A stretch of 64,000 nt of DNA from Marsupella aquatica (lineage: Eukaryota > Plantae > Marchantiophyta): contig OZ316893.1 of NCBI GenBank assembly GCA_973895155.1, positions 13,718,359-13,782,358 of the forward strand, written 5' to 3'. Both the position numbers and the translations under genes were made by a program. Below the pieces are notes generated by a model that saw nothing but the letters and a program-made list of their open reading frames with translations, made no database searches and was not told the DNA's origin. Position 1 is the stretch's first letter. Each line of letters starts with the position of its first letter. Shown in pieces: positions 63,230 through 64,000 of the stretch.

Positions 63230-63830
63230 TCAGGTCATAATTCATAACGTTTTGCACTAAGGATTGGTCTTATGCCATTACCATCAGGTCAGTGTAAAAG
63301 CCAACCCCTTCATTGTACTAGTTACTCATGGCGCTCCATAACTCTTTGACGTAAGGATTTGTCTTATGCCATTACCATGGGGTCACAATTCATACTCCAT
63401 AACTTTTGGCACTAAGGATTGGTCTTATGTCATTACCATGGGGTCACAATTAGTAATTCTTGTCAAGAATAAAGGTTACCCGTGTGTAACCTTTTCTTCT
63501 AGGTGCCACCATTTCCATAACCCTTTGCCCATAAAATCTTGCCTGGTAATATTTTTCCGTATAGGTATTATGTATGATAATGATTGTTTGGGCTGGGTTT
63601 ACTCTGTAACCTGTTCCCACAAAGCTCAGAAAGACTTCCCGGCTACCGCAGATCAACATTTCCTCACTTTCTGGTCACAAGGACCACTGACCCAGACATA
63701 ATCCTATACTTAATACATAACTTTTTGCACTAAGGATTCGTCTTATGCCATTACCGTCAGGTTATGCCATTACCATCAGGTCATTGTAAAAGCCAACCCC
63801 TTCATTATTGTACTTGTTACTCATGGCGGC
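63230..63830. repeat. Degenerate tandem repeat family (taaggattggtcttatgccattaccatcaggtca), host of the Helitron insertion
   Basis: Copies at ~57915, 63258, 63352, 63413 and 63730. Confidence 0.75.
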
Positions 63831-64000
63831 CCATGCTACAGGGTATATCTTCAATTTTGAAACAACCTCATTCTGTGGGGCCAATATGGCAAGCCCTCAA
63901 ATTTGGACGAGAGTAAACAAATTGAGCCACGACACAATCCTTACATTTCACTCAGTTTCTGAACTTGATGAAGTGTGGGAGACGAGGCGCAAAACCCTGA

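Overview
Eukaryotic nuclear DNA from a non-seed land plant. A liverwort is most likely, an inference from spliceosomal introns, the plant gene families present and a cilia-associated C11orf65 homolog. Genes reconstructed by hand from splice sites are: a single-exon acidic membrane-anchored protein (2880-4253 +), a 9-exon SEUSS/SLK LIM-binding corepressor with polyQ (6442-~12071 -), a 10-exon C11orf65/MFI homolog (29107-31682 -) lying only ~650 bp downstream of a 4-exon PIG-P gene (32337-34047 -), a spliced orphan gene (41598-43557 -) head-to-head with an intronless Enhancer-of-zeste PRC2 methyltransferase (44190-47258 +), and a 14-exon GDAP2 Macro/CRAL-TRIO gene (49761-54868 -). Intergenic DNA holds two related L1-type LINE remnants, a composite non-autonomous Helitron enclosing an LTR-like segment, and many tandem repeats. 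The main leads are a possible PIG-P/C11orf65 dicistronic transcript, a retrogene-like E(z) paired with a divergent orphan gene, a SEUSS N-terminus with no in-frame AUG, and GGGCAG motif clusters upstream of several genes. Family assignments rest on recognised motifs; no database searches were run.
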